Source: Sphyrna mokarran
Lineage: Eukaryota
Assembly (NCBI GenBank): GCA_024679065.1
Contig: JAGIQG010000010.1
Span: forward strand, 62,992,001-63,056,000
DNA length: 64,000 nt
Direction: 5' to 3'
Both the position numbers and the translations under genes were made by a program. Every line of letters begins with the position of its first letter. Position 1 is the stretch's first letter. Shown here one piece after another: positions 63,525-64,000 of the stretch. Under the pieces are notes generated by a model. It did no database searches, was not told where the DNA came from, and saw nothing but the letters and a program-made list of their open reading frames with translations.

Positions 63525-64000
63525 TGGTGGGTCAGTTAGCAGTCATTGGTCCTTTCAATCAAAAAAATGAATAGTGCAGATTCTTTGTAGAGTAGTTTCA
63601 GCACTTTGCACAAGTGGACAAAACTGCAAATGAGTTGCTTGTAACAGCTTTTCTCAGTATAATAGGAAGGAAAATCTACAATTTGTTCTCATACTTGGTC
63701 CATCCTGCAAAGCCAGGAACCAAAATGACAACTTGGCATAGATCAGTGAAGAGCATTATTCTCTGAAGCCATTGATCATTGGAGAAAAGCTTAGATTTCA
63801 CCAAAAGAATCAAGTGGAAAGTGAAAAGAGTGCTCAGTTGTGGCAATCTTAAAAAAAATATACTCTTTGAGATTGTCTAATTTACTGAGTCCAAAATGAG
63901 GTTATCCAAAGAAGATTGCCTATTAAAAATGCTTTGACTTTAAAGACAGCAATACAAATCACAGTGTTGGTGGAACTAGCTGCTAAAGAGGCTTCACAAC
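63525..64000 (+). mobile_element. Gypsy gag remnant (runs off the window end)
   Basis: VIGPFNQ..AFLSIIGRKIYNLF..VHPAKPGTK..HYSLKPLIIGEKLRFHQKNQVESE..NEVIQRRL..LTLKTAIQI...ELAAKEASQ. Confidence 0.85.

Noticed and set aside
1-64000. A novel multi-gene system or intact transposon
   Set aside because: Every recognisable coding remnant has stops or frameshifts and belongs to a known TE class. No intact host or viral gene cluster is visible.

Overview
This is vertebrate nuclear DNA, almost certainly from a shark or other elasmobranch, judged from the HE1/V-SINE, DeuSINE (SacSINE1-like) and HER/CR1 repeat content. The window is a repeat-dense intergenic or intronic region with one 160-N assembly gap. 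I could not support any intact protein-coding gene. Most longer ORFs in the track are pieces of decayed transposable elements: two CR1-group LINE families, Rex1/Babar, RTE, several Penelope-like (PLE) families, Gypsy gag/pol and LTRs, Harbinger transposase plus Myb/SANT partner genes, hAT and Harbinger MITEs, and four kinds of SINE. The observations most worth follow-up are: (i) six minimal hammerhead ribozyme relics from at least three PLE pseudo-LTR types, all lacking the CpG expected at the stem II/GAAA junction; (ii) two tiny TSD-flanked insertions made only of inverted PLE pseudo-LTRs; (iii) a local ~200-bp inverted duplication that copies unique flank; (iv) V-SINEs with two different LINE-like tails; (v) two-gene Harbinger relics in two gene orientations. 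I did not find a convincing previously undescribed biological system. Family names come from motif recognition by eye, not database searches, and most boundaries are approximate.
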